64,000 nucleotides of DNA from an uncultured Chloroflexia bacterium (GTDB lineage: Bacteria > Chloroflexota > Limnocylindria > Limnocylindrales > CSP1-4), in assembly GCA_963752475.1 (NCBI GenBank), contig CAVVYR010000006.1, forward strand, positions 448,001 through 512,000. Direction: 5' to 3'. The position numbers and the translations under genes were made by a program. The notes beneath the pieces are model-generated. The model was not told where the DNA came from, did not search any database, and was given only the letters and a program-made list of their open reading frames with translations. Positions 1 through 9,017 of this stretch are shown one piece after another (the first letter of the stretch is position 1; every line of letters begins with the position of its first letter).

Positions 1-22
1 TGTGGCGGTGGATGTCCGCCAC

Positions 23-63
23 CGACCGACACGACCGCGTCGACGACGCGCCGGTGTCGGTCG
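23..63. terminator. GC-rich stem-loop downstream of nirK
   Basis: CGACCGACAC (23-32) pairs with GTGTCGGTCG (54-63), with an inner stem CGCGTC/GACGCG; it lies just past the nirK stop; no clear U-tract. Confidence 0.4.
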
Positions 64-81
64 AGCGTTGCCGAGAGCGAG

Positions 82-1236
82 CTAGCCCACGGAGATGGCT
101 TCGAAGATCTCGGGATCCTCTTCACCCTGGATCATGACCATGCCCAGTGCGCCCTTGTCGAAGGTCCTCGCGAGTGCGTGATCGACCAAGACGATGGTGC
201 TGGGGACCTGACCGACCAGCTCGACCACCGTGCCGCCCCCAGCGGGAACCAACGTGGTCTGCGACCCGCGCAGGGGCTCGTTCAGCAGCGCCGCTTCGGG
301 ATACACGACGTCCCAGTGTGAGCCGATGGGGTGGAAGCTGGAGATGAGGTTGAGCCCCGCGTTGACGAAGTAGATCCGTGCCCTTTCGCCGACCTGCATG
401 ACCGGCGCGTTGGCTCCGGTGAGTGCGCCCTTGGCGCCGTTGAAGACGACCATCGTGGGGTGCTCAGCGGTGATGGCGGCGCGGTCGGTCTCGACGAGGC
501 CCGGTTCGGTCGACGTGGTGTAGTACTCCGACTGGACGATGTACCACTCGTGGTCCACGGCCGGCAGCGGCTCCGCCGGATCTACGAGGATGCCGCCGTA
601 CATGCCACGCGAGATGTGCTCGGGCACGTCCGACATGGCGCAGTGATACATGAACATGCCCGGATACAGCAGTCGCGCCTCGATCACTGCGGTCATGCCC
701 GGGACGACCGTGGTGTTGGCCGCACCGCCACCCTGGCCCGTCACGGCGTGGAAGTCGACGTTGTGGGGCATGGCATTGCCCTCGGGGTTGTGGATGGTGA
801 AGCGCAACACATCACCGACGCGGGCACGGATCATCGGCCCGGGGGTGCCGGAGACGGTGTCGTCGCCAGGGATGCGATAGCCCCATGTCTCGTACTCGAC
901 GCCGCTGGCGGGGTCGATGGCCGTGACCTGCTCGACGACCTCGAATTCGACCTCGACGATGGCCGGCTCCGCGCGTCCTGCCGGAGGAGGCACTCCAGGC
1001 GCGACCGAGACGTTGATCTCGTCGTCCGGCGCCAGCGGCAGCTCGGATTTCGGCACGAGGTCGGGTGTCACGCCCTCGATGGACTCTGCTCCGAGCACTG
1101 GCCCGACGCCGACGAGCGTCGACAGCAGCAGGGCTGCGAGCGAGACCGCGGCTGCCGGCATAGCGCGACGCCAGGAGCCGGTTCGAGCCCTTCGGACAGA
1201 TGTTCCTGGCTCCACTGCGTGGTGGGGATACCGCAT
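82..1236 (-). CDS. nirK: Copper-containing nitrite reductase (NirK/AniA type)
   Basis: Cu-ligand motifs PHNVDFH, YHC..PEHISRGMYG, FHPIG, VDHAL; hydrophobic N-terminal export segment preceded by Arg pairs; GGAGG SD upstream. Confidence 0.9.
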   Translation of the reverse strand: MRYPHHAVEPGTSVRRARTGSWRRAMPAAAVSLAALLLSTLVGVGPVLGAESIEGVTPDLVPKSELPLAPDDEINVSVAPGVPPPAGRAEPAIVEVEFEVVEQVTAIDPASGVEYETWGYRIPGDDTVSGTPGPMIRARVGDVLRFTIHNPEGNAMPHNVDFHAVTGQGGGAANTTVVPGMTAVIEARLLYPGMFMYHCAMSDVPEHISRGMYGGILVDPAEPLPAVDHEWYIVQSEYYTTSTEPGLVETDRAAITAEHPTMVVFNGAKGALTGANAPVMQVGERARIYFVNAGLNLISSFHPIGSHWDVVYPEAALLNEPLRGSQTTLVPAGGGTVVELVGQVPSTIVLVDHALARTFDKGALGMVMIQGEEDPEIFEAISVG

Positions 1237-1351
1237 CGAAGTGCCTCCAGACCGTGCTACGGTTTAGTCCAACGGTAAGTAACTTAGTGATGTATAACCC
1301 CTGTACGCTAGGGCCATTCGGCCTCTTCGATGGGGAAGGACCAAGGGACGG

Positions 1352-1795
1352 ATGCGACTCGAACTGACCCGCCGCGCCGACTACGCGATCCGGACCAGCA
1401 TCTGCCTCGCACGCGAGGGGAGTGGGCGCTTGGTCTCGGCGCCCCACATCGCCCGCCTCATGTCTGTGCCGCCACGGTTCCTGCCGCAGATCATGCAGGA
1501 TCTCGTTCGCGCCGGGATCGTGGAAGCCTCCCCGGGCCGTGGCGGGGGCTACCGGCTCACGAGGGCGCCGGGTGAGGTCACGCTCCTCGAGGTGATCGAG
1601 GCGGTCGAAGGCAACGTCCGGCGCCAGACCTGCGTGCTCCGAGCAGATGCTTGTGGAGCCGACCAGCCCTGTGGTGTCCACGACCTGTTCGCTGAGGCTC
1701 AGGATGCGCTGCTCGAGCGCTTCGCAGTGGCCACGGTCCGGGAGGCTGCCCGCGGCACCAGCGAGGCGGACGTCGCCCGTCGTGCTGATACGTGA
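1352..1795 (+). CDS. Rrf2 family transcriptional regulator with three C-terminal Cys (NsrR/IscR-like)
   Basis: LTRRADYAIR N-terminus, GRGGGYRL wing, C-x6-C-x5-C cluster; divergent from nirK. Confidence 0.9.
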   Translation: MRLELTRRADYAIRTSICLAREGSGRLVSAPHIARLMSVPPRFLPQIMQDLVRAGIVEASPGRGGGYRLTRAPGEVTLLEVIEAVEGNVRRQTCVLRADACGADQPCGVHDLFAEAQDALLERFAVATVREAARGTSEADVARRADT

Positions 1796-1845
1796 GGCCC
1801 TCGTACTCGTACACACACACGCAGGCACGCCAAGGGAAGGGGAAG

Positions 1846-1921
1846 TGGTGGAGATGAGGGGACTCGAACCCCTGGCCTCTGCGATGCGAACGCAGCGCTC
1901 TTCCAGCTGAGCTACATCCCC
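1846..1921 (-). tRNA. tRNA-Ala (anticodon CGC)
   Basis: Reverse complement GGGGATGTAGCTCAGCTGGAAGAGCGCTGCGTTCGCATCGCAGAGGCCAGGGGTTCGAGTCCCCTCATCTCCACCA: 76 nt, cloverleaf, GTTCGA T-loop, encoded CCA. Confidence 0.97.
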
Positions 1922-2052
1922 ACTGAGCGTGGCCCGCGGCCACCGGCTGGCGCAGTATACCGCTCGCTCGGCCGTTCGGCCCGAACCGCCCCTTCGGCGG
2001 TCCCAGCGTGGAGTAGCATCGAGATGACCCGTCCGCGTCGAGGAGTGTGCCC

Positions 2053-2778
2053 ATGTTCTGGTTCATCAGGTTCGCTTTCAAGCTGACCTGGCGGCTCGCG
2101 CTCATCGCGCTCGCCGGCGTGGCCGGTTTCGCCGTAGGCAGGTATCGACAGCTCAGCCATGAGCAGCAGACCTGGGGCGTGGATACTGCCGAAGCCGAGC
2201 GCGAGCTCCTCGGCGACGACATCGTAGAGGACCCGGTCGTGGTGGAGACGCGTGGGGTCGACATCGACGCGCCGCCCGAGGCGGTCTGGCCCTGGCTCGT
2301 GCAGATGGGCTACGGCCGCGCCGGCTGGTACAGCTTCGACCAGATCGACATGGATGGAAAGAGCGCGGAGGTCATCCTCGATGAGTTCCAGGAGCTGGCC
2401 GAGGGTGATCGCGTGCCTACACACCCGGGTGGCGGCTTCGAGGTCAGGACCTTGCGGCCCAACCAGGCGCTCGTGCTCTACCTCGACACCGAGCTCGTGA
2501 ACGCCACTGATGAAGCGGAGTCCACGCCGGTCGGGCTCCAGGGCGCAGGCGCCCTGGGCGAGGCGGCCATGTCCGAGTTCCGCGCGACGTGGGCGTTCAT
2601 CCTCGAGCCGGCACCCGGCGAGCGCACGCGGCTCATCGAGCGGATGCGCCTGTGGGCCGACGACTCCGGGCGACCGCAGCGGCTGGCCATGCCCTTCATG
2701 GGCCTGGGCGTCTTCGTCATGACTCGCAAGCACATGCTCGGCCTCAAGGAGCGAGCCGGGCGAGCCAGCAAGGGCTAG
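2053..2778 (+). CDS. Membrane-anchored SRPBCC/START-like protein (paralog 1)
   Basis: IDAPPEAVWPWLVQMGYGRAGWYS motif, N-terminal TM segment, AGGAG SD. Confidence 0.75.
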   Translation: MFWFIRFAFKLTWRLALIALAGVAGFAVGRYRQLSHEQQTWGVDTAEAERELLGDDIVEDPVVVETRGVDIDAPPEAVWPWLVQMGYGRAGWYSFDQIDMDGKSAEVILDEFQELAEGDRVPTHPGGGFEVRTLRPNQALVLYLDTELVNATDEAESTPVGLQGAGALGEAAMSEFRATWAFILEPAPGERTRLIERMRLWADDSGRPQRLAMPFMGLGVFVMTRKHMLGLKERAGRASKG

Positions 2779-2812
2779 GACAGCCCCGGCCACGCAGTAG
2801 AGGAGGCCAGCC

Positions 2813-3586
2813 ATGTTCCGGCTGATCAAGTTCACCTTCAAGATCTGGTTCGTCCTGCAGTTGATGGCCGTGGCCTTCAGCGCCGGCATGGGCGCCGCCT
2901 ACCTCGTGCAGATGCGAGCGCAGTACCGAAACTGGGGCGTCGTGCCCGGCGGCAACGACCGGGGCGTCAGCGGTGATGAGTTCGTGGCCGAGGCCGACCT
3001 CGTCGAGACCCGCTCCATCGACATCGACGTCGCGCCCGACCAGGTCTGGCCCTGGCTGGCACAGATGGGCTACGGCCGAGGCGGCTGGTACAGCTTCGCC
3101 GCCATCGATCGCGCCTGGACGCCTGCCGGCGGCCCGCCCTCGGATAGTGCCGACGCCATCCTCGAGGAGTTCCAGGACCTGGCCGAAGGCGATCTCGTGC
3201 CGACCCATCCGCAGGGTGGTTTCGAGGCCAGGATCGTGCAGCCCAACGAAGCGCTCGTGCTCCACCTCGATGACGCCATGGTCCGGGAGCAGGTGGACGA
3301 GCTCGTGGCCGAAGCTGCCGATGCGGTCGAGGAGCGCGGTGGCGAGGCCGACATCGACTTCGACATCAGCGACATGCCGCCGTATCGGGTCACGCTCGCC
3401 TTCGAGCTCGAGGAGTTGCCCGGTGGCCGTACCCGCCTCATCGAGCGTGTCCGCGCCAGCATCGAGGTCAGCGACAAGCAGAAGAAGGCTTGGCCGGTGC
3501 TGGCCATGGGTCTCTTCGTCTTCCTCAAGAGCCAGCTCGAGGGCATCAAGGAGCGTGCCGAGGGCGCCGTCGCCATCGACGCCTGA
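2813..3586 (+). CDS. Membrane-anchored SRPBCC/START-like protein (paralog 2)
   Basis: VAPDQVWPWLAQMGYGRGGWYS motif, N-terminal TM segment, GAGGAGG SD; clear paralog of the upstream gene. Confidence 0.75.
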   Translation: MFRLIKFTFKIWFVLQLMAVAFSAGMGAAYLVQMRAQYRNWGVVPGGNDRGVSGDEFVAEADLVETRSIDIDVAPDQVWPWLAQMGYGRGGWYSFAAIDRAWTPAGGPPSDSADAILEEFQDLAEGDLVPTHPQGGFEARIVQPNEALVLHLDDAMVREQVDELVAEAADAVEERGGEADIDFDISDMPPYRVTLAFELEELPGGRTRLIERVRASIEVSDKQKKAWPVLAMGLFVFLKSQLEGIKERAEGAVAIDA

Positions 3587-3616
3587 CCTGCGGCACTTCG
3601 CGACCTGACGCGTCTG

Positions 3617-4774
3617 TCAGGCACGCACCTCGCTGGGCGGGGGCTGGTGGCGTCCTCCGGAGATGGAGGAGCCACCCTGGGGAAGGCTGAACCAGAAGCG
3701 GGTCAGGCCGGAGCTCGACTCGGCCCCGACGCGGCCACCCCAGCCCTCGACGAGCTGCTTGACGATGGCCAGGCCGATGCCTACGCCGCCGCGTGCCCGG
3801 TCGCGTGACTTCTCGACGCGGTAGAAGCGCTCGAACAGGCGCGGCAGATCCTCGGCCGGGATCGACTCGCCGTTGTTGGTGACGCTCACGAGGACCGAAT
3901 CACCACGTTGTTCGGCCGCCAGGACGACGATGCCGCCCGGGGAGGCATAGCGCGCGGCGTTCTGCAGGAGATTCGCCAGCACCTGCGCGAACTGGTCGGG
4001 GTCGGCTACTGCCGGCAGCGGCTCGGCCCAACGACGCTCCAGGCGCAGGTGTCGGGACTCGAAGGTCGGCCGCGTCAGCTCGGCGGCAGCGCCCAGTAGC
4101 GTGGCCAGGTCGATCTCGACCGGGTGGGCTGTCTTGCTGGCCGCATCGCCGATGGCCAGGTCGTCGAGCAAGCGGGCCAGTCGGACGAGCCGTTCGGTCT
4201 CCTCGAGGAGTGACTCGTAGGTCGACCCGTCGGGCTCGATGACACCATCGCGGATGGCCTCGAGATAGCCTTCCAGGTTCGTCAGCGGGGTGCGCAGCTC
4301 GTGCGCGGTGTTGGCGATGATGTCGCGGCGCTGGCGCTCGCTCTCCTCCAGCTCGGCCGCCATCTGGTTGAACGAGTCGGCCAGGCTGGCCAGCTCATCG
4401 GGTGCGGCACGAGGGACGCGCGTGCTGAGATCGCCACCGGCCAGGCGTCGAGCGGCGGCTCCGATGTCGGCCAGGGGCCGGGCGATCATGCGCGAGAGCG
4501 CGACCGCCAGGATCACGCCGGCCACGACGGCGATGATCGTGGCCACCCAGAGGACGTCGCGGATGGAGTCGTCGAACATGGCGTAGGAGTCGGCGGCGGT
4601 CTCGCCGTGCTCCATCATCAGGTGGGCCAGGGCCTCGCTGCCGACGATGAGCACGCCGGCGGTGATGATGCCGACCGCGACGAGGGCGGAGCCGATGCCG
4701 ACGAGCGCGATACGCCAAGCCAGACCGCGGCCGAAGGCGGGACGGTGGCCCTCGGACTGCTTCGAGCCGCTCAA
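3617..4774 (-). CDS. HAMP-domain sensor histidine kinase (BaeS-like)
   Basis: Two TM segments, HAMP, HELRTPL H-box, NLLQNA N-box, FERFYR, GVGIGL G-box. Confidence 0.92.
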   Translation of the reverse strand: MSGSKQSEGHRPAFGRGLAWRIALVGIGSALVAVGIITAGVLIVGSEALAHLMMEHGETAADSYAMFDDSIRDVLWVATIIAVVAGVILAVALSRMIARPLADIGAAARRLAGGDLSTRVPRAAPDELASLADSFNQMAAELEESERQRRDIIANTAHELRTPLTNLEGYLEAIRDGVIEPDGSTYESLLEETERLVRLARLLDDLAIGDAASKTAHPVEIDLATLLGAAAELTRPTFESRHLRLERRWAEPLPAVADPDQFAQVLANLLQNAARYASPGGIVVLAAEQRGDSVLVSVTNNGESIPAEDLPRLFERFYRVEKSRDRARGGVGIGLAIVKQLVEGWGGRVGAESSSGLTRFWFSLPQGGSSISGGRHQPPPSEVRA

Positions 4775-4780
4775 GGGCCG

Positions 4781-5533
4781 CTAGGCCTCGGTCATCTGCG
4801 GCGCCGCACGGTAGCCGACGCCGCGGACGGTCATGACGTACAGCGGTCGCTCCGCGTCGTCGCCGAGCTTCTCGCGCAGGCGGCCGACGTGGACGTCGAT
4901 GGTGCGGTCGAGCACGTCGCCGTCGTCCGAGCCATAGACCGCATCGAGCAGTCGATCGCGGGTGAGGGCACGGCCATCGGCGGCCACGAGGGTGACCAGC
5001 AGCTTGAACTCGACCGGCGTGAGCGGGATGAGATCGCCATCACGACGAACCTCGTAGCGCTCGGTGTCGATGGTCAGGTCATTCTGGATCAGCGTGGTGG
5101 CCCTGGGTGCCGCGGTCGTGCCGGCAGCAGGCTGCTCGACGCGTCGCAGGACGGCCTTGACACGAACGACCAGCTCGGCCGGGCTGAAGGGCTTGGGCAG
5201 GTAGTCGTCGGCGCCCTTCTCGAGGCCGATGATGCGCTCGGGCAGGGAGCTGCGGGCGGTCAGCATCAACACCGGCACGTCGGAATCGGCGCGCAGCAGG
5301 CGCATGACCTCGTAGCCGTCCAGCTCGGGCAGCATGAGGTCGAGCACGATGAGCGCGGGATCCTTCGCTCGTGCCTGGCTGAGGGCCTCTCGGCCGTCGT
5401 AGGCGGTGATGACGGTGAAGCCTTCGCGCTCCAGGTAGGCGCGTACGAGGGCCACGATCTTGCGGTCGTCGTCGACGACCAGGATGGGCCGGGTCGTGGC
5501 GAACGACTCGGTGTTGGGCTGTGGGGTGGTCAT
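4781..5533 (-). CDS. OmpR family response regulator
   Basis: VVDDD, LDLMLP, GADDYLPKPF receiver motifs; wHTH with RTIDVH and VRGVGY; start 5533 chosen from a TAGCAT -10 at 5544-5549 (alternative start 5545). Confidence 0.92.
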   Translation of the reverse strand: MTTPQPNTESFATTRPILVVDDDRKIVALVRAYLEREGFTVITAYDGREALSQARAKDPALIVLDLMLPELDGYEVMRLLRADSDVPVLMLTARSSLPERIIGLEKGADDYLPKPFSPAELVVRVKAVLRRVEQPAAGTTAAPRATTLIQNDLTIDTERYEVRRDGDLIPLTPVEFKLLVTLVAADGRALTRDRLLDAVYGSDDGDVLDRTIDVHVGRLREKLGDDAERPLYVMTVRGVGYRAAPQMTEA

Positions 5534-5590
5534 CAGGCTGTCCATGCTAGCGCCGCAGTCTCACGGGGTTGGGTGACAGCGACATGACGC

Positions 5591-5619
5591 TTGACCAAAT
5601 AGAACAGATGTTCTACTAT
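5591..5619 (+). promoter_or_regulatory. Sigma70-type promoter with a LexA (SOS) box in the spacer, upstream of imuA
   Basis: TTGACC-17bp-TACTAT; inverted repeat TAGAAC-AGAT-GTTCTA (5600-5615) matches the GAAC-N4-GTTC LexA box of Firmicutes/Actinobacteria/Chloroflexi. Confidence 0.9.
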
Positions 5620-5629
5620 CCGTCTGGCC

Positions 5630-6574
5630 ATGGAACGGTCCTCAGAGCCTCTCCGAAGTGCCCTTGCCACCCTCCAGACCCGCTGGGGCAGTGCTGCTGT
5701 CCGGCTGGGCGACGGCCGCCCGGCCGGGTCGGCGGCAGCAGCGGGTGGAGCGGCTCCGGCCGTCCATGGCGCCCTCGCCCTCGCGGCGCTCCCGGATTCC
5801 CACCCGGGGGCGTCGCAGCCCACCCCTGCAGTCCCGCCAGCGGGTGTCATCTCCACCGGCTTCCCCGCGCTGGATGCGGTCCTCGGACCGTCGGGGTTGC
5901 CGGTGGAGGCCAGCCTCGTCGTGCGTGGCGGCCCGTCCAGCGGCAAGACCACGCTGGCGCTGCGCTGCGCCGCTGAAGCGCAGTCGAGTGGTGACATCGT
6001 GGCCTGGCTGGACCTCGGTCGCGCCTTCGATCCGGTGGAGGCGGTCGGTCGGGGCGTGGACCTGCGCTGGCTGCTGGTCGTGCGTCCAGCGGGTGTACAA
6101 GAGGGCCTCAGCCTCGCCGGCGCGCTGTTGAGCGGACGCAGTGTGGGCCTACTGGTGGTGGATCTGCCCGCCCGGCTGCGTGGCCGGCTGGACGATCAGC
6201 TGCGTCGCCTGGTGGCGCATGCCCGCCGGGTCGGGGCTCGCCTCATCGTGCTGGAGCCACCCACCATCGCCGCTCCGCTGCAGGCGGCGCTGGCCGGCAG
6301 CACCAGCCTGCGTCTGGAGCTCGAGCGGCGGTCGTGGCTGCGCCTGGGACGGGACGTGGTCGGGCAGCGCACAGTCGTGGCCGTGGCCAAGAACCGCTTC
6401 GGGCCGCCGGGTCGCAGCGTGGACCTGGACATCCACTACCTCACCGACGGTGAGCGGTCACTGGCCACGCACCGGCTCATCGCGGATGAGGTCACCGGTG
6501 AGCCTGCGCCGGAGCCGGCCCCGCTCGAGCCGCGGCCGGTGGAGACACCGGCTCCCAGGCTGGTCGTGGTGTGA
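5630..6574 (+). CDS. imuA: ImuA, RecA-like mutasome accessory protein
   Basis: RecA-like motifs STGFPALD, GGPSSGKTT, LLVVD, AKNRFGPPG; LexA box upstream; adjacent to imuB. Confidence 0.82.
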   Translation: MERSSEPLRSALATLQTRWGSAAVRLGDGRPAGSAAAAGGAAPAVHGALALAALPDSHPGASQPTPAVPPAGVISTGFPALDAVLGPSGLPVEASLVVRGGPSSGKTTLALRCAAEAQSSGDIVAWLDLGRAFDPVEAVGRGVDLRWLLVVRPAGVQEGLSLAGALLSGRSVGLLVVDLPARLRGRLDDQLRRLVAHARRVGARLIVLEPPTIAAPLQAALAGSTSLRLELERRSWLRLGRDVVGQRTVVAVAKNRFGPPGRSVDLDIHYLTDGERSLATHRLIADEVTGEPAPEPAPLEPRPVETPAPRLVVV

Positions 6575-6601
6575 CCGCGGCTTCGTTGACGGACTCGAAC
6601 C

Positions 6602-7837
6602 ATGCGCTTGCTGTATCTCGATTGGCCGCACCTGCCGCTGCGGCTGGCGCTCGGTCGTGACCCGAGTCCAGAGGAGACGGTCGTCCTTGGTGGACGGCCC
6701 TGGGACCCGGGTCCGGTGCTCGACCGCAGCCCTGCCGCAGGTGCGTTGGGTGTGCGTCGTGGGCAACCGCTGGGGACGGCGCACAGCCTCGTCCCGGAGG
6801 CCCTCTTCCTGCCCCTGGATCCTGCAGGGCTGGCGGATCCATTCGAAGCCGCACTGGAGGCACTGAGCGCGCTCGCACCGGCGGTGGAAGGGGAGGTGGA
6901 TCCGGCCGACCCGCGCTTCGGGCGCGTCCTCATCGGCATCGAAGGGCTCGATCGACTATGGGGTGACGAGCAGGCGCTCGTGCGGCGGGCGCTGGCCATC
7001 GTGGAGCCGCTGCTACCGGGAGCCCCGCGGGTGGGCATCGGCAACACCCGCTTCGGCGCGGGCGTGGCTGCTCGCATCGGGGTCGGTGATATCCCTGCCG
7101 GCGGGCGGCGGGAGGAGGCCGCCTTCCTCGCTCCATTGCCACTGACGCTGACCCCGGCGGAGCCGGGCGTGCACGAGCGCCTGCGCGTGTTGGGGCTCGA
7201 GACCATGGGCCAGCTGGCCGCGCTGGACCACTCCGCGGTGGTGGCACGCTTCGGGCCGGCGGGCGCGGAGATGCACGACCTCGTGCGCGGCATGGATCGC
7301 CGGCCGCTGCGCCCACGCCGGCCGCTGGAGCATCTCGCGGCGGACGTGGAGCTGGATCCGCCGGCTGACGAGCTGGAGCCGCTGCGTTTCGTGCTGCACC
7401 ATCTCAGCAGCACGCTTTGCGAGCAATTGGCTGCGCGCGGGGCCGGGGCGGCCAGGGCAGCACTGACGCTCTCGCTGGAGCGCTCACAGCACGACCGGGG
7501 GCCGCGGACCATGACCTACGAGCAGGCGCTGCCGGAACCGTCCGCGGCGGCAGAGCTGCTGGAGCGGTTGCTCCTGGCGCGGCTGGAGGCGGAGCCGCCG
7601 TCGGCGCCGGTGGAGCGGCTGGCGCTGCAACTCGACGGCACCGCCCCGGAGGCCGGTCAGCAACTGACGCTGTTCGACCGGCAAGGTGCCCATGCCGCCC
7701 GGCTGGAATGGCAGCTGGCCAGCCTCGCCATCCGTTTCGGCGAGGATCGCATCCTGCGCGCCACCACCGCGGATACCGACGATCCGCTGGCCGAGCGCCG
7801 CTTCTCCTGGCATGACGCGGTGGGCTCGGAGGCATGA
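6602..7837 (+). CDS. imuB: ImuB, inactive Y-family polymerase-like scaffold
   Basis: Y-family-like fold without catalytic acidic motifs; FLAPLP, LGLETMGQL, beta-clamp motif QLTLF, RecA-NT-like LAIRFGEDRI. Confidence 0.85.
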   Translation: MRLLYLDWPHLPLRLALGRDPSPEETVVLGGRPWDPGPVLDRSPAAGALGVRRGQPLGTAHSLVPEALFLPLDPAGLADPFEAALEALSALAPAVEGEVDPADPRFGRVLIGIEGLDRLWGDEQALVRRALAIVEPLLPGAPRVGIGNTRFGAGVAARIGVGDIPAGGRREEAAFLAPLPLTLTPAEPGVHERLRVLGLETMGQLAALDHSAVVARFGPAGAEMHDLVRGMDRRPLRPRRPLEHLAADVELDPPADELEPLRFVLHHLSSTLCEQLAARGAGAARAALTLSLERSQHDRGPRTMTYEQALPEPSAAAELLERLLLARLEAEPPSAPVERLALQLDGTAPEAGQQLTLFDRQGAHAARLEWQLASLAIRFGEDRILRATTADTDDPLAERRFSWHDAVGSEA

Positions 7838-8082
7838 CTCGGCTGCTCGGGCAGCACCCGGCCATCGACGTGGACACGGACGATCGTGGCTGGCCCGTGA
7901 GCCTTCGCTGGTCCGGCGTGCGGGAACCGGTCGAGGCCTGCAATCACTGGCGAATCGAGGAGGCCTGGTGGCGCCGGCCGCTCGTGCGCGAGTACTTCAA
8001 GGTCGTGGGGCCACGCCTGCTGGCGCTGGTCTATCGGGATGTGCTCGACGGCAGCTGGCACCTCGAGCGGCTCTATGACTAG
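7834..8082 (+). CDS. Standalone ImuB C-terminal-like domain (DUF6504-like)
   Basis: HWRIEEAWW..REYFKV..WHLERLYD resembles the C-terminal domain of actinobacterial ImuB; ATGA overlap with imuB. Confidence 0.75.
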   Translation: MTRLLGQHPAIDVDTDDRGWPVSLRWSGVREPVEACNHWRIEEAWWRRPLVREYFKVVGPRLLALVYRDVLDGSWHLERLYD

Positions 8083-8108
8083 CCAGGGTTCGCCACCGTC
8101 GCGGTGGG

Positions 8109-9017
8109 CTAGTACTCGGACAGTCGGGGCGGGTTCGCCGGCGGTTTGCGCCTCATCGCCGGCATGCGCTTGGCCTCGGTGTTCAGCACCGCCAGTGGGT
8201 CCACGCGCTCACGGGCGTAGAAGGGATAGCCCCTCAGCCGAGCCGACTCGTGGACGCGCATCATCGGGCCATCCATGCGTACCAGGCGGTAGCGCATCAT
8301 CTGCATGCCCTCGGCCTTGGCCATGTGCCCGATGGGCTGGCCGGCCTTGACCTTGTCGCCGGCCTTGACGAGGAGTTCCTTGATCTCGGTGTACACGCTG
8401 TAGTAGCCATTGCCATCGTCGACCACGAGGCCCTGCGGGAACCACGGCTTCTCCGACTTCTTGGCGGCCTTGGGGTCGTCGATCGGCGCATAGCGGCGGT
8501 AGACCCGATCGAGCGTCCCGTCGTAGCCGACGTGCTCGGCCCAGTCCCGACCCGCGGCCACGACGGTGCCCTTGTGCGCGGCCTTGACGATGGCGCCGTC
8601 GAACCAGGTGATGACGAGGCCGTCATGCATACGCTCGCCGGCGATCTGGAAGTCACCCTTGGGATGGGCTTGGTAGTAGCGCGCGACCATGCCGCCACGG
8701 ACGGGCCAGCGATAACCCCTGAGCTTGGTCGGCAGCTTCGAGGTGGGTTGTTCGAGCACGGCCGACCGGACCTCGGCGACGTCGAGTCCCTCGGCCGCTG
8801 CGGTGGTGTCTTCGGTGAGCGGCTCGTGGCCGGCGCCGATCGCGGGCTCGGCATATTGGGGAGTGGCGATGACGATGGCCAAGACGATCGCGATGACGGC
8901 CATGAGGAAGCCACCGGTCAGTAGCCCGGCAAGGGCATCACGGCGCGCCGAGGGGTCTGTTTGCTGGCCTACACGCGCCGAGGGCACGGACGTCGCTCGC
9001 AGGCCCCTATCTGCCAC
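8109..9017 (-). CDS. Membrane-anchored M23/LytM-domain protein with degenerate metal site
   Basis: YRWPVRG, HDGLVI, VKAAHKGTVVAAG, VKAGDKVKAGQPIG, VDPL; GTG start 9017 lies 7 nt after a TGcTAGAAT extended -10 (9025-9033). Confidence 0.78.
   Translation of the reverse strand: MADRGLRATSVPSARVGQQTDPSARRDALAGLLTGGFLMAVIAIVLAIVIATPQYAEPAIGAGHEPLTEDTTAAAEGLDVAEVRSAVLEQPTSKLPTKLRGYRWPVRGGMVARYYQAHPKGDFQIAGERMHDGLVITWFDGAIVKAAHKGTVVAAGRDWAEHVGYDGTLDRVYRRYAPIDDPKAAKKSEKPWFPQGLVVDDGNGYYSVYTEIKELLVKAGDKVKAGQPIGHMAKAEGMQMMRYRLVRMDGPMMRVHESARLRGYPFYARERVDPLAVLNTEAKRMPAMRRKPPANPPRLSEY

Noticed and set aside
1801-1845. (AC)5 run and GGGAAG repeats next to the tRNA
   Set aside because: Too short and in the 3' flank of convergent genes; no evidence of function.
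1846-1921. tRNA-Ala as an integration site for an island carrying nirK
   Set aside because: No integrase and no duplicated tRNA 3' end was seen in the window; it cannot be excluded beyond the left edge.
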